Assembly (NCBI RefSeq): GCF_006345805.1
Contig: NC_043000.1
Coordinates: 137,330,001 to 137,394,000, forward strand
Origin: Octopus sinensis
Lineage: Eukaryota
Direction: 5' to 3'
Length of the DNA stretch: 64,000 bases
Part shown: in pieces, positions 1 through 12,015 of the stretch
Position numbering within the stretch: the first letter of the stretch is position 1
How the letters are laid out: the number at the start of each line of letters is the position of its first letter
Position numbers and translations under genes: made by a program
Notes under the pieces: generated by a model
Told to the model about the DNA's origin: nothing
The model's database searches: none
What the model saw: only the letters and a program-made list of their open reading frames with translations

Positions 1-246
1 GTTCATACAGGTTTCAAAAGAGTCTTCTGTTTCTAAAAGTTATGTTTTACTGTTATAGACCGAAATAAACACCGTGAATATATTAATGTTATAGTACTGT
101 TAATATAAATAAATCTCAGTACTAAAATATAAATAAGTCTCATCCGCCGTAGTCAGATGTTTTAAGCACGTAAAAGATATATGTATGCATGTATATATGC
201 AATCAAACACGCACATACACACACGCACACACATACACACTATATA

Positions 247-411
247 GGCACAGGCTTGGGAGTGTGGTAAGAAGCTTCTTTCTTAACCACATGGTCCAGT
301 GTTCAGTCCCACTGCATGGAAACTTGGGCAAGTGTCTTCTATATTCTCGGGCCGGGCCGACCAAAGCCTTGTGAGTGGACTTGATTGACCCAAAATGAAA
401 GTAACCCATCG

Positions 412-507
<96 letters not shown>

Positions 508-615
508 TAATAACAATAATAATCTTTGGATGGAATTTATTTTAATCCATCGTTACGTGCCTTTCCACAATTACGTATTTTTAAGATCATAAACCGTATC
601 TCTGAGATGATTACA

Positions 616-658
<43 letters not shown>

Positions 659-810
659 TGTATTTGTGTCGGTGTTTGTCGTCGTAACTTAACGGTTCAG
701 TAAAAGAAACCGATAGAATAAGTACCAAGCTTTAAAAAATAAGTGCTGGGATCGATTTGTTCGACTAAAAGCCTTCAAGGCGGTGCTCCAGTATGGTCGC
801 AGTCAAGTGA
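247..810 (+). mobile_element. SINE family A, diverged copy (tRNA head + CORE-like segment, internal microsatellite, 3' body)
   Basis: Head GTGTGGTAAG...GTTCAGTCCC, then CTTGGGCAAGTGTCTTCT; 3' body AACCGATAGAATAAGTAC...GGCGGTGCTCCAG as in the other copies. Confidence 0.8.
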
Positions 811-834
811 CTGAAAGGCGTAAAAGGTTAATAA

Positions 835-858
835 TATCTATCTATCTATCTATCTATA

Positions 859-931
<73 letters not shown>
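835..931. repeat. (ATCT)n microsatellite
   Basis: Tetranucleotide array visible in sequence. Confidence 0.95.
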
Positions 932-932
<1 letters not shown>

Positions 933-1674
933 AGTTTGTATATGCATGTAGAATAAAATTCAGGTGTTTCGGTATATGTATCTGCTTTAGGAAAAACTGA
1001 TAAATACATGAAAATATTCTACGAAATAGTAAATGTTTATTTGTTAAATCAAGACTAACACGTATTTATTTCAGGAAGTGCATTTTATTGAAACTGCACT
1101 TTTAAAGTAATATAAGATATCTACGCCCCCAAGGTTGTCATAAACAACGCAATAGTGCGCTGTATTCGATATAAACAGGTGTGATTCTATCTATTTTATA
1201 TATCTCAGAATTACAAAAATGACAGTGGATCTCTGGAATTCTTGAGTTAGATACAGTCTTAGAAAAGCAATTAAAGAATGATGCTCTATGTTTTCTGTGC
1301 TACAACATTTCTCCCAGTGTTGCAAATTAAAGATATTTAAAGTTAAGTTAAACTTTTAAAATGTACTTCTGTAACTAACTGCCCCAAAGAGAAAGAACTG
1401 TTAAAAGAATACACAATGCAATTGAGCTTAATATTAATTGTACTGAAGCGGAAATAAATGGAATCTAATAACCCATGAAATATATTTTGTGAAGCAGTCT
1501 TTGGAGGAGAAGTTGCTTAGTCGATTACATGCACGATCATATAATATAAATTCAACCACGCTCATGGACAAAAAAATTATAATACGTTACATTCGACACA
1601 CACATACGAAAACAAAAAACCATTGAAGAACGTCCTAAAGAAACCACGTAGAATATTTCGTGCTTATAAAGTGA

Positions 1675-2799
1675 GCCCTGACGTCCGTTCTGTTCCAGGC
1701 ACTGCTGGCAACGCGAAGCAATGGAATCGTTAACATCACGAAACAATTCGATTGGTATTTGCGTGCGTTCTCGTTCAATGGCTGCTTTCAAATCACTGAC
1801 TGTTGCAGGTTTCGTAGCGTAGACTTTGTCTTTTAGGTATCCCCACGAAAAATGTCTAGTGGTGTGAGATCTGGTAAAGCAGAGTGTATTCAGTGAAAGC
1901 CTTTCGTCCAATCTACCTGTTTGGCAAGATCTCATCAAGGAAGGTTCTACCATCGCGATGGTAGTGTGGGGGTACCCCATCTTGCTGAAAATAAACCTCC
2001 TTATCTTCAAAGCTTTCTCTGATGCTTGGCATGGTAGACTGTTGCAGCAAGTTCAAGTAAACGGGACCAGTCACAGTAGCGTTAAAGAAGAATGGTCCAA
2101 TTAATACTTTTGATGATAAGTCACACCACACTGGAACTCCTGGTAAATTAACATAGTGTTCCACCATAACATACGGATTCTCGGGTCGCTAGTAGATGCA
2201 ATTGTGGCGGTTAATTGAACCATTTAATTTGAAAATGGCTTCATTACTCGACGCAATCTTTGTTGGAAGGTGTGCGTCCTCTACACATTGTGCCAAGTAC
2301 CACTCATGATACTGCACTCTTCGGTTTGGATCATCGTCAGTAATAGGATGGACTAATCTTGGAACGTAACTTTTCCATTGACAACACTTCAAAATGCGTT
2401 GGACAGACGATTCTGAAATAGTTACCTCACGATTCACTTGCCGCACTGATTTTCTTCGACTTTGGTGAATCGTTTCCAGCACTCCTTCTTGCTTTGTGGG
2501 AGTTGTCGATGTTCAAGGTCTTCCGAAACGCTTCTCGTGGACATTCTGAATATTTCCATCGGCTTCAAACTTATCTCTAATTAGAATGATGGTAGGTCGT
2601 ATTGGTGGATCTGTTTGAAACTCCCCTCTAAACTCTCTTTGCACTCCACATTTCCAGTAGCATTTTCGAATGAATTTCCTTTGTTCAAAGCTTAGTCAGA
2701 CTGCCATCATTAATTCCTATGATTTTTATCTGGAAAGAAAAAAAACATCAATTGAGTTATTAGCTGCTAAAATGTGTAATAATTTTTAGGGACACCCTG
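1675..2799 (-). mobile_element. Tc1/mariner transposon remnant, rosa (DD41D)-like; one TIR (TA|CAGGGTGTCC) retained
   Basis: Minus-strand fragments [68 protein letters not shown]; manual count across one frameshift gives 41 residues between 2nd and 3rd catalytic D. Confidence 0.85.
1680..2709 (-). pseudogene. DD41D-type transposase pseudogene
   Basis: Split over ORFs 2189..2482, 1913..2167 and 1552..2010 with stops and frameshifts; first catalytic D appears as N. Confidence 0.85.
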
Positions 2800-2811
2800 T
2801 ATATATATTAT

Positions 2812-3000
2812 ATTAAATTAGAGATAAAACCACTATTAGGCAAATCATACAATGAAAAACTTAAGCCTATACATAAGATTAATTAATTTATATTATTTTA
2901 AATATATCAAAATTATTAAAAAAAAGATAATGAATATAACACTACGATCGTTTCATGGCTGTCCAATTCGTAAATTCGAGTTACAGTCAATTAGCGAGGT
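2812..3000 (-). repeat. Dispersed repeat (same family as 57311-57508) carrying the 3' half of a hammerhead motif; probable PLE terminal fragment
   Basis: TAAATTAGAGATAAAACCACTATTAGGCAAATCA shared with 57311; minus strand reads GAAAC-GATC-GTA at about 2943-2954. Confidence 0.5.
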
Positions 3001-3064
3001 TTAACATATTTCGTTTTTGGATTTGGTTTGCAAGATTCTTTATATGAGTTCGTGTGTTGAAGCA

Positions 3065-3248
3065 TATTCTGTTGTGTCTGGGGAGAGTGATTCTCTTTTG
3101 GTGCCTTATCATTTAACTATTGAAAAGGTTGCAAGACGCAACGGAAATTCTACAAAAATAAGAAAGAAACAAGTGAAAGTTTTAATGGTGAATGTATTAA
3201 ATAATAAGGCACCAAAAGAGAATAACTCACCTCAGACACAACAGTATA
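3065..3248. repeat. Imperfect inverted repeat, arms about 50 bp
   Basis: CTGTTGTGTCTG...TTTTGGTGCCTTATCATTTAA versus TTAAATAATAAGGCACCAAAAG...CAGACACAACAG. Confidence 0.85.
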
Positions 3249-3254
3249 TATATA

Positions 3255-3415
3255 TGGCTGTGTGGTAAGTAGCTTGTTTACCAACCACATGGTTCCGGGT
3301 TCAGTCCCACTGCGTGGCACCTTGGGCAAGTGTCTTCTACTTTAGCCTCGGGCCGACCAAAGCCTTGTGAGTGGATTTGGTAGACGGAAACTGAAAGAAG
3401 CCCGTCGTATATATG

Positions 3416-3447
<32 letters not shown>

Positions 3448-3662
3448 CGCGTATGTTTGTGTGTCTGTGTTTTTCTCCCTAGCATTGCTTGACAACCGAT
3501 GCTGGTGTGTTTATGTCTCCGTCACTTAGCGGTTCAGCAAAAGTCACCGATAGAATAAGTACTAGGCTTACAAAGAATGAGTCCCGGGATCGAGTTGCTC
3601 GATTAAAGGCGGTGCTCCGGCATGGCCGCAGTCAAATGACTGAAACAATTAAAAGAGTAAAA

Positions 3663-3663
<1 letters not shown>
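3255..3663 (+). mobile_element. SINE family A
   Basis: A-box TGGCTGTGTGG, B-box GGTTCAGTCCC, internal (TA)n(TG)n, tail AAAAGAGTAAAAG. Confidence 0.9.
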
Positions 3664-3732
<69 letters not shown>

Positions 3733-4394
3733 ATGTATGTATATATAACCTTTTCCGATAATTTATATATTATTTTCCTTCTATATTTCCGCTCACACAT
3801 CGGTTGCTTAAAAATACATTTTACGTTTACTTACAACTTAGAGAATTCTGAACGGGGGTGTTTGTATCAGAACTGCTTATCACTGATCCAAAAGGATATT
3901 CGTCATCGTTATCCATCATTCGATAAAATATCCAGCGCTAATTATCTGGTTTCCAAGCTTAATATATTTAAAGCGTCTGCACAATATTCATTTCTATTCG
4001 GAAATTCAGGTCAAGTATGATTCAGTGGTCTCACAATCCTTGTCGATGTAAATATTTTCGGCCGGCATTTTGTATGGCTGATATAGAATCGATAGTAAAC
4101 CAAGTGAAATATCTAAAACATTGACCTTGCATATATTAGTTGTTACAATAATGTAAAGGATAAACGTCTTCAGTATACTCTTAGACTAATTTTTCGACGT
4201 TAATGTTGACGAAAACAACTCATGATCCACGTATAACCGTTTTTCTAAAGCTTTAGATTTTGTCAGATATGTTTACATACAATATAAGCTCCCAATGGTA
4301 CTATATTTTCTGCCAAATTCAAGTAATCTAATGATAAACACGATCGAAAACCGATAGAATTATCATTTGAGTGAATGTGCCTTTACTTTCAATT

Positions 4395-4597
4395 CTACTC
4401 TAGGCACAAGGCCCGAATCTTTTGGGCACGAATCTTTAGATCAAACCCAGTACGCAACTGGTCCTTGATTTATCGACCACGAAAGATTGAAAGGTAAAGT
4501 TGACCTCGGCGGAATTTGAACTTAGAACGTAAAGACAGACGAAATACCGCTAAACATTTCGACCGGCGTGATAACGTTTCTGCCAGCTCGCCGCCTT
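4395..4597 (-). mobile_element. SINE family C (Meta-domain-like central region)
   Basis: Reverse complement reads GGCGGCGAGCTGGCAGAAACG...GTTCAAATTCCGCCGAGGTCAACTTTACCTTTCAATCTTTCGTGGTCGATAAA; recurs at 17055, 48345 and 53987. Confidence 0.8.
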
Positions 4598-4621
4598 AAA
4601 CAGATAATAAAAGCTGTGAGA

Positions 4622-4740
4622 CCCTTACAGCACCTAGGTTTCTTAAACGGTCATCCATCTAAGTACTCACTACGCTCGATATTGATTAACTTCGGTGATC
4701 AAACGAGAACCGGTGCTTTCAACGTGATATCGCCGTAAGC
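4622..4740 (-). pseudogene. 5S rRNA pseudogene (full length, about 119 nt)
   Basis: Reverse complement GCTTACGGCGATATCACGTTGAAAGCACCGGTTCTCGTTTGATCACCGAAGTTAA...AGTACTTAGATGGATGACCG...CTAGGTGCTGTAAG follows the metazoan 5S pattern; internal A and C boxes carry substitutions. Confidence 0.88.
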
Positions 4741-5624
4741 ACGTGCCTTTCTTTTACCCCTGCTCCAATGAAAGCAATCAACTACTGATAGTGAGTTTCT
4801 CTAATGATTTTAGTTCATATTATAGAAGAACCGCTAACTATCCAAACTCATTTCACGTTCCAAAGAATATATACATCTGAATTGAGTGTTTGCTTTGAAA
4901 TTTCCCTTATAATCCTTCAGAGCAATATACGTTTTATATGTAGATAAGGATTCCATTTCCATATCTAGTTTTAGGCTAGCAGATTTGTTTTTACACATTA
5001 GTGAAATAATTTAAGATGAAGAATTTTGTTTTATAAATTTTTACAATATTGACTGTTAGAGACCTTGTGTAGATGCTTCGCCTAATTTATACAAGTTTTG
5101 GGTTTGGCAAGAGGATGTACACATCCTGTATGATATATTTATAATGCTTAATGTTTGAACTGAATGTTGACAAGTAAATTATTCCTTCATGTCATGAATT
5201 CCATTTTAGTGATAAGAAAATTGGAGAGACAGAGAGACATAAAGAGAAAAGATGCAAGATACACGTGACGTAGGAAATATTGGTGTAACTAAATTTAGTA
5301 TTTCGTTATCCTTTTCAAGATTCCTAACTATATGTGATTTTTATTATTTTAATCTTAAAGCTACAAGATGATTATTTAAGGTATCTACGTATGAAATACT
5401 TGGCATTCAATTTCTAGACTTATATTGTCCTTTGTTCAATACTCAATGCCCTGATTTTTAGAAAACTGATCGCAAAGATTTTGTAGTACAATTTAAAATG
5501 TACCTACAATCATGTGTATGCACATGTGCAAGAGTTGTTTTACTTCTTTAGACACATACATATATATATATACCTATATGTGTGAGTATGTTTGTTTGTG
5601 TGTATGCATGCGTGTGTGTACGTA

Positions 5625-6878
5625 TATGTCATGGCCAAAAATGAATGACTCGCTACATGTTTTAACTTTGTAGGAGATTGAATATTTCCGACGAAAATAG
5701 TATTTAATCAGGAAGAAATTAACATCTTCCCAAAATTCCGATTTAATATTATTAGAAATGAACATCAAACGGTGCTTACAGAATCACTATTTCGTATGTA
5801 GTCCTTTGCTTTGAATCACGGCGTCAACACTGTTGGGCATTGATAAGAAGAATTTTTCGCACAAATCGTGTGTTATCTCCATAATGGAGACTATTTTGAT
5901 GTAATTTTTCAACTTTCAACCCCGAAAGTGATTTTGGATTACGAGCTGCTACATTCTGTTTCAGAATAATCTAACATTGCTCTATTGGTTGAAATCGTAT
6001 TGGAAGTGCTTACGCTGCTTGATCCCCATAAATAATGGGACTTTCGTTCGCAGAATTTAAAGGGAATTAGTTTCCTTGATAGTTGCACCCCCAGGCATAA
6101 ACCACAGTCCGCATTTTTCTCCAGTACAAATAGCTGTCCACACCATAAGTGTTGGAGCATTTTTAACACTTAGGGTAATTTGGCGAGGATTATCACTTCG
6201 CTTAGGGTGTCGTCTCACATGTCTGCAAAATGCATAAAATTGGGACACCTTTGTTTCATCCAAAAGACAACTCATTTCCGTTGTTCGGCTCACCAATTTT
6301 TATTCTTTTGGCATAATAATATCATAATATAATAATGTAATAATTTTCAAGGTTAACCTTGGTTCCCTTGAAGGATTATTAGACTTAAGGCCGGTATCAA
6401 ATAATATTCTTCGAATTGTCCTTTGGCTAGGAATCGTTTTTACTTGTGGTAGACCAGCTTGAATAACTTCGGAAGACTTTCTGGGTGACATTTTGGCCGC
6501 TAGAATGATAGCATTGTCCATTCGCTTCATGGTCGTTTCTGGGTGACCTGTAGGCTTGTCAAATCGGTATTTTCCATGAGATTTCGAATATTTCGTTGAC
6601 TTTGAAACAGTTCTCTGTGCCAATTTCAATCCTACACAAATTTGTCGAGTGCCGTATACTTCTTCGTACAGAATTTTTTTTCGAGCATGACTTTCCGACG
6701 AAATTTTTCGACTAGGCCTTCTTTACAACGACAGGAAAGTAGTAATCACGCAGGAAACACATTAACACTGAGTGATGAAGAAATAGATTTGAACGATCGA
6801 TTAGTTATTGAAAATAACATCATAGGGCTGAATTCTTGATTATAAATCAATGAGTCATCCATTCAGGCCATGAATGTG
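5625..6878 (-). mobile_element. Decayed Tc1-family transposon with both TIRs and TA flanks
   Basis: TIR core TCATGGCC..ATG.ATGACTC at both ends; fragments GHPETT..MDNAI..SQRTIRRIL..GLKS..PRLT, LDETK..RHVRR, LMVW, and C-terminal MPNSVDAVIQSKGLHTK*. Confidence 0.8.
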
Positions 6879-6900
6879 TATATATATATTTGTGTGTGTC

Positions 6901-6982
<82 letters not shown>

Positions 6983-7192
6983 CGTGTATGTATTTCCCTC
7001 CTTGTCTATCTTTCGGAAGAAAAGGGAAAAAAGTGAATACTCGAAACGTTAAACATTTCCGTCAATTTTCCCGATTTCATGAGAGTCAAAGTTATACCAA
7101 CTGTGTCTATTTTTTACTTCGTCTTTGTCTTGCACCTTTAGTAATATTCGCACCACTCTCACACACACAAGCACATATACATCTATATTTAT

Positions 7193-7240
<48 letters not shown>

Positions 7241-7245
7241 ATGTG

Positions 7246-7278
<33 letters not shown>

Positions 7279-7290
7279 TTGTGTGTCTAA

Positions 7291-7322
<32 letters not shown>

Positions 7323-7379
7323 GCATATATACATACATTATATATCTACATATATATGTATATACACATGCATATATGT

Positions 7380-7872
7380 GTACAGGACGTCAAAAACATG
7401 TGGACAACATGAAAAATGAGAACATGAGAAAGAAAAACATGGAAAACGAACTTTTTATCAAACAACGAAAGAAACATTTAGAGAAACGAGACAGGCAACA
7501 TAAAGAACAATCCCTTCATCAATTGACTCCTGTTTTATCTACTCCGCATTTTGAACGTTTACGACAAGATGGATCTTCATCAAAACAGTCGTTCCTGTAA
7601 AGCAAATAAAATAAAATTTGGGATTTGCGGAGTGTTAAAATGGTAATAAAAACAGGACAGTAGAAACAAAACAGTAAAAACAAACGGTAAGGGCTGCTAA
7701 ATCATAACGAGAGACAACGCTCATTTTTGCCTGCCTCCTGTTAAAGCTTGTTTCTCGCGCGTTCACCACTTGTCCTCGTTGTGGCTTAACAGCCCTAACC
7801 GTTTGTTTTAAATGTTTTGTTTTTTCCTGCTCTCGTTTGTCATGCTGTCCACGTCCTTTTGACGTCCTGTAC
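7380..7872. repeat. Element bounded by about 33 bp inverted ends, inserted in (TA)n
   Basis: GTACAGGACGTCAAAAACATGTGGACAACATGA versus TCATGCTGTCCACGTCCTTTTGACGTCCTGTAC. Confidence 0.7.
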
Positions 7873-7878
7873 CCATAT

Positions 7879-7920
<42 letters not shown>

Positions 7921-7992
7921 TATATATATATATATATATATATGTGCATATACATATATATGTAGATATGTATATTATTTATATTATTGTAC

Positions 7993-8051
<59 letters not shown>

Positions 8052-8482
8052 AATATAAATAATATACATATATGCATATATACATATATATGCATATACA
8101 CACACACATATATATATCTATATATACATATATATGTATACACACACGCACACATATATACATGTATACATCTTTAGTTAAATATATTCAATGAGAATAT
8201 TATATACTGAATTTATATTGAGTGCTCATTTGTATCAAATTATTAATATTATTAAAGTATTTATATAATTAATACGAGCGATTATATATATATATATTTT
8301 AATATATATTATTATTAATATCAGGAAATCAATATTAGAAAGTTCTTCAGAAAGATATATAGGTGTGTAAAATAATTGTTGTATTAAAAATATAAATATC
8401 TATAAAAACATATATAAATATTTATAAGCATAAATATATAATGTATATGACAGTTTAAAAGTTTTGAATTATGTTTTTAAAG

Positions 8483-8574
8483 CATCTTACGATCGTTTCA
8501 CAGAAGTGCTCTCCCTATAAGGAAATCCTATATTGATAAGAATTTATAGACAACTCTTCTGCTCTTCAGAGATA
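8483..8574 (-). ncRNA. Minimal type I hammerhead ribozyme motif with extended stem II
   Basis: UAUCU-CUGAAGA-GCAGAAG...CUUCUGU-GAAAC-GAUC-GUA-AGAUG: 5-bp stem I, 7-bp base of stem II, 2-bp stem III with palindromic loop; predicted cut between 8488 and 8487. Confidence 0.8.
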
Positions 8575-9330
8575 TAAAAGTTGAATTTTGTATAACACAT
8601 CGAATGGTAGTTTTTTTTTTTAAATTTGAAGCAATACTATAAAATGGTGTTTGTTTGAAATATAAATAAAAAATTAAAAATTACTGTTTTTGATGAGAGT
8701 CTTTAAATCCATAAATACTCCCTTGGTTAGTCTTCTGTAATAATCCATAATATTCATATGTAAAATCTGTTATATTGTCTTGTATTCCAAATATAGTTCA
8801 TATACTTAGATAAAATAGAATAATGGAATCCTCTATTGATAAGCATTTATAAATAACTCTTCTTCTCTTCAGTAATATCAAATGAGAAATTTGTATAATT
8901 TTACGAATGGTAGCTTTTAAAAATTTATGAAGTAATATGGGAAAATGGTTTTTGTTTGAAATATAACTTAAAATTACTGATTTTGATTTTGGTAAGTACA
9001 CTTTCGTATGAAAATCCTGAAATTCATATATGTCCCCTTGGTAGCAATCCATAATAATTATATTGTCCAATATTCCAAATATATTTCATACACTGAAACA
9101 ATATAAAATAAACTTCAATAATATGAAGTAAAATTATATCTAAAAAAATTTATTTTATATTTTTTAAGTATATGAAATATATTTGGAATACTGGACAATA
9201 TAATGGATTTATACAAAATTATTGTTGATTCCTACAGAAGAATTACCAAGGAGACAAATATGAATATTAAGATTTTCATACTAAAGTGTACTTATCAAAA
9301 TCAAAAGCAGTAATTTTAATTTATATTTAC
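8520..9330. repeat. About 300 bp unit in partial direct tandem (8520-8810, 8825-9100) plus an inverted partial copy (about 9165-9330)
   Basis: CTCTTCAG recurs 303 bp apart; ATTCCAAATATATTTCATA and AAGTACACTTT recur as reverse complements. Confidence 0.75.
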
Positions 9331-10182
9331 ATATAAAAAAATTTACATATGTAATTTAGTTTTGGGGATTAAAAGATATGCGACTATTCTATTTCAGACA
9401 ATACAGAAAATAACCTAATGAGTATATCTGAAGGTAAACTAATAGTATCGATTTGCACATCATGAAATAATACTTTATTTGAAATTTATGCAATTGATAG
9501 AGTCTAGAGAGAATTACAAAACACATACGACGACCGAGGAAGCAAATGTAGACACAAAAGTAATTTTACTTTCAATAAAATGAAATACTGAACCCACCCC
9601 TTTGAATCTAATAACCATACACTTTTGACTTTTACAGCACTTGAAAAGATTATAATTAAATATTATTAAAATTATAACAAATTTTATATATCCCTCAACA
9701 TAGTTTGAAGATAATAATAGAAGATAATTTAAACTAAAGGCATAGTGCAATTACCCCTCCTTGGTACTAATCACCTATAAATTCCCATAGTGCTCTGCTA
9801 TCTTCACTTCATCTAATATCCATTTTGAAAGACATCTTGGTTCCATAAAAAGGGGATATGTATCTGCATTATTTATGTTATTTTTTACATTTAATCATAG
9901 ACATTTTTATTCTGATGTATATTTTATATCTTATATTTTGTATTTGACAATATATACTTGACTTTATAAGTTTGATATATGCTTACTAATTCACATTTAT
10001 AATGTATAATTTATAATTTTTAATTCTTATCTTTATAAAGTACTATTTTAAATATTTAATGTTTCATCTAATGTTTAATTTAACGCTTAATTCTAAAGTG
10101 ATGTAAAATGAGATTAACAACATTTTGAAAAAGAAGCTGAAGATGTGTTAGTAGAATTGTATATATGTATATGTATGTATAT

Positions 10183-10401
10183 ATAGAATGGTTGTATACT
10201 GTCAATCTAACACGAACGTGACAGTAGGGGGTACACCACCGCTGTTTAGCTCTAGGAAGCATCGACGCCTCCTGATGGCTTTGACACAGGCAAAATATGT
10301 CAAAGCCATCAGGAGGCGTCGATGCTTCCTAGGGCTAAACAGCGGTGGTGTACCCCCTACTGTCCCGTTCGTGTTAGATTGACAGTATACAACCATTCTA
10401 T
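10183..10401. mobile_element. Near-perfect palindrome / fold-back MITE-like element, copy 1
   Basis: 104-bp arms (10183-10286, 10298-10401), 2 mismatches, 11-nt loop CAGGCAAAATA, TA near both ends. Confidence 0.8.
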
Positions 10402-10529
10402 CGCCCCACCACCGTACATGTCTCTACGAAGATTTAGAAATTTAGTATTTCTGATATGTATATATATATATATATAATATATATATATATGTATATATAT
10501 ATATATGTATGTGTGTGTGTGAGTTTTAT

Positions 10530-11006
10530 GTGTCTGTGTTTGTCCCCCTAGCATCGCTTGACAACCGATGCTGGTGTGTTTACGTCCCCGTCACTTAGCG
10601 GTTCGGCAAAAAAGAGACCGATAGAATAAGTACTGGGCTTACAAAGAATAAGTCCCGGGGTCGAGTTGCTCGATTAAAGGCGGTGCTCCAGCATGGCCGC
10701 AGTCAAATGACTGAAACAAGTAAAAGAGAAAGAGAAAAAGAGAAAACTCAGGGTTGATTTTATTCTAAAGAGTGTGAATGTATGAAGTGAATTTTGTGTG
10801 AAGAAATATAAATATATTCGTTTTTGCATTTATCTGTATGTATGTGGCGGGAGTGGCTGTGTGGTAAGTAGTTTGCTAACCAACCACATGGTTCTGGGTT
10901 CAGTCCCACTGCGTGGAATCTTGGGCAAGTGTCTTCTGCTATAGCCCCGGGTCGACCAATGCCTTGTGAGTGGATTTGGTAGACGGAAACTGAAAGAAGC
11001 CTGTCG
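10530..11006 (+). mobile_element. SINE family A pieces in permuted order: 3' body (10530-10745) then head (10845-11006)
   Basis: Both pieces almost identical to the full copy at 11613-12015. Confidence 0.85.
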
Positions 11007-11071
11007 TATATATATATATATAATATATATATATATATATAATATATATATATATAATATATATATATATA

Positions 11072-11149
<78 letters not shown>

Positions 11150-11165
11150 GTATATGTATGTATAT

Positions 11166-11384
11166 ATAGAATGGTTGTATACTGTCAATCTAACACGAAC
11201 GTGACAGTAGGGGGTACACCACCGCTGTTTAGCTCTAGGAAGCATCGACGCCTCCTGATGGCTTTGACACAGGCAAAATATGTCAAAGCCATCAGGAGGC
11301 GTCGATGCTTCCTAGGGCTAAACAGCGGTGGTGTACCCCCTACTGTCCCGTTCGTGTTAGATTGACAGTATACAACCATTCTAT
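11166..11384. mobile_element. Near-perfect palindrome / fold-back MITE-like element, copy 2
   Basis: Same sequence as 10183-10401 at offset 983, including right flank. Confidence 0.8.
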
Positions 11385-11460
11385 CGCCCCACCACCGTAC
11401 ATGTCTCTACGAGAGATTTAGAAATTTAGTATTTCTGATATGTATATATATATATATATA

Positions 11461-11493
<33 letters not shown>

Positions 11494-11612
11494 ATATATA
11501 TATATATATTATATATATATATATTATATATATATATATGTATGTGTGTGTATGGTGATTTTGTGTGAAGAAATATAAATATATTCGTTTTTGCATTTAT
11601 CTGTATGTATGT

Positions 11613-12015
11613 GGCGGGAGTGGCTGTGTGGTAAGTAGCTTGCTAACCAACCACATGGTTCTGGGTTCAGTCCCACTGCGTGGAATCTTGGGCAAGTGTC
11701 TTCTGCTATAGCCCCGGGCCGACCAATGCCTTGTGAGTGGATTTGGTAGACGGAAACTGAAAGAAGCCTGTCGTATATATATATGTATATGTGTGTGTTT
11801 GTGTGTCTGTGTTTGTCCCCCTAGCATCGCTTGACAACCGATGCTGGTGTGTTTACGTCCCCGTCACTTAGCGGTTCGGCAAAAAAGAGACCGATAGAAT
11901 AAGTACTGGGCTTACAAAGAATAAGTCCCGGGGTCGAGTTGCTCGATAAAGGCGGTGCTCCAGCATGGCCGCTGTCAAATGACTGAAACAAGTAAAAGAG
12001 AAAGAGAAAAAGAGA
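11613..12015 (+). mobile_element. SINE family A, full length
   Basis: A and B boxes, CORE-like segment, short internal microsatellite, AG-rich tail. Confidence 0.9.

Noticed and set aside
3255-3330. SINE heads as tRNA genes
   Set aside because: A/B boxes present but no complete cloverleaf, and they continue into SINE bodies
7009-7055. CGGAAGA...GAAACGUU possible HHR remnant
   Set aside because: Stem II does not close next to the core
9330-10000. Possible highly decayed PLE coding remnant upstream of the 8483 HHR
   Set aside because: Only a Cys-containing stretch (CCKSQKC); no diagnostic motif readable
10188-10396. Mirror-image 64-aa ORFs on both strands
   Set aside because: Automatic consequence of the palindrome
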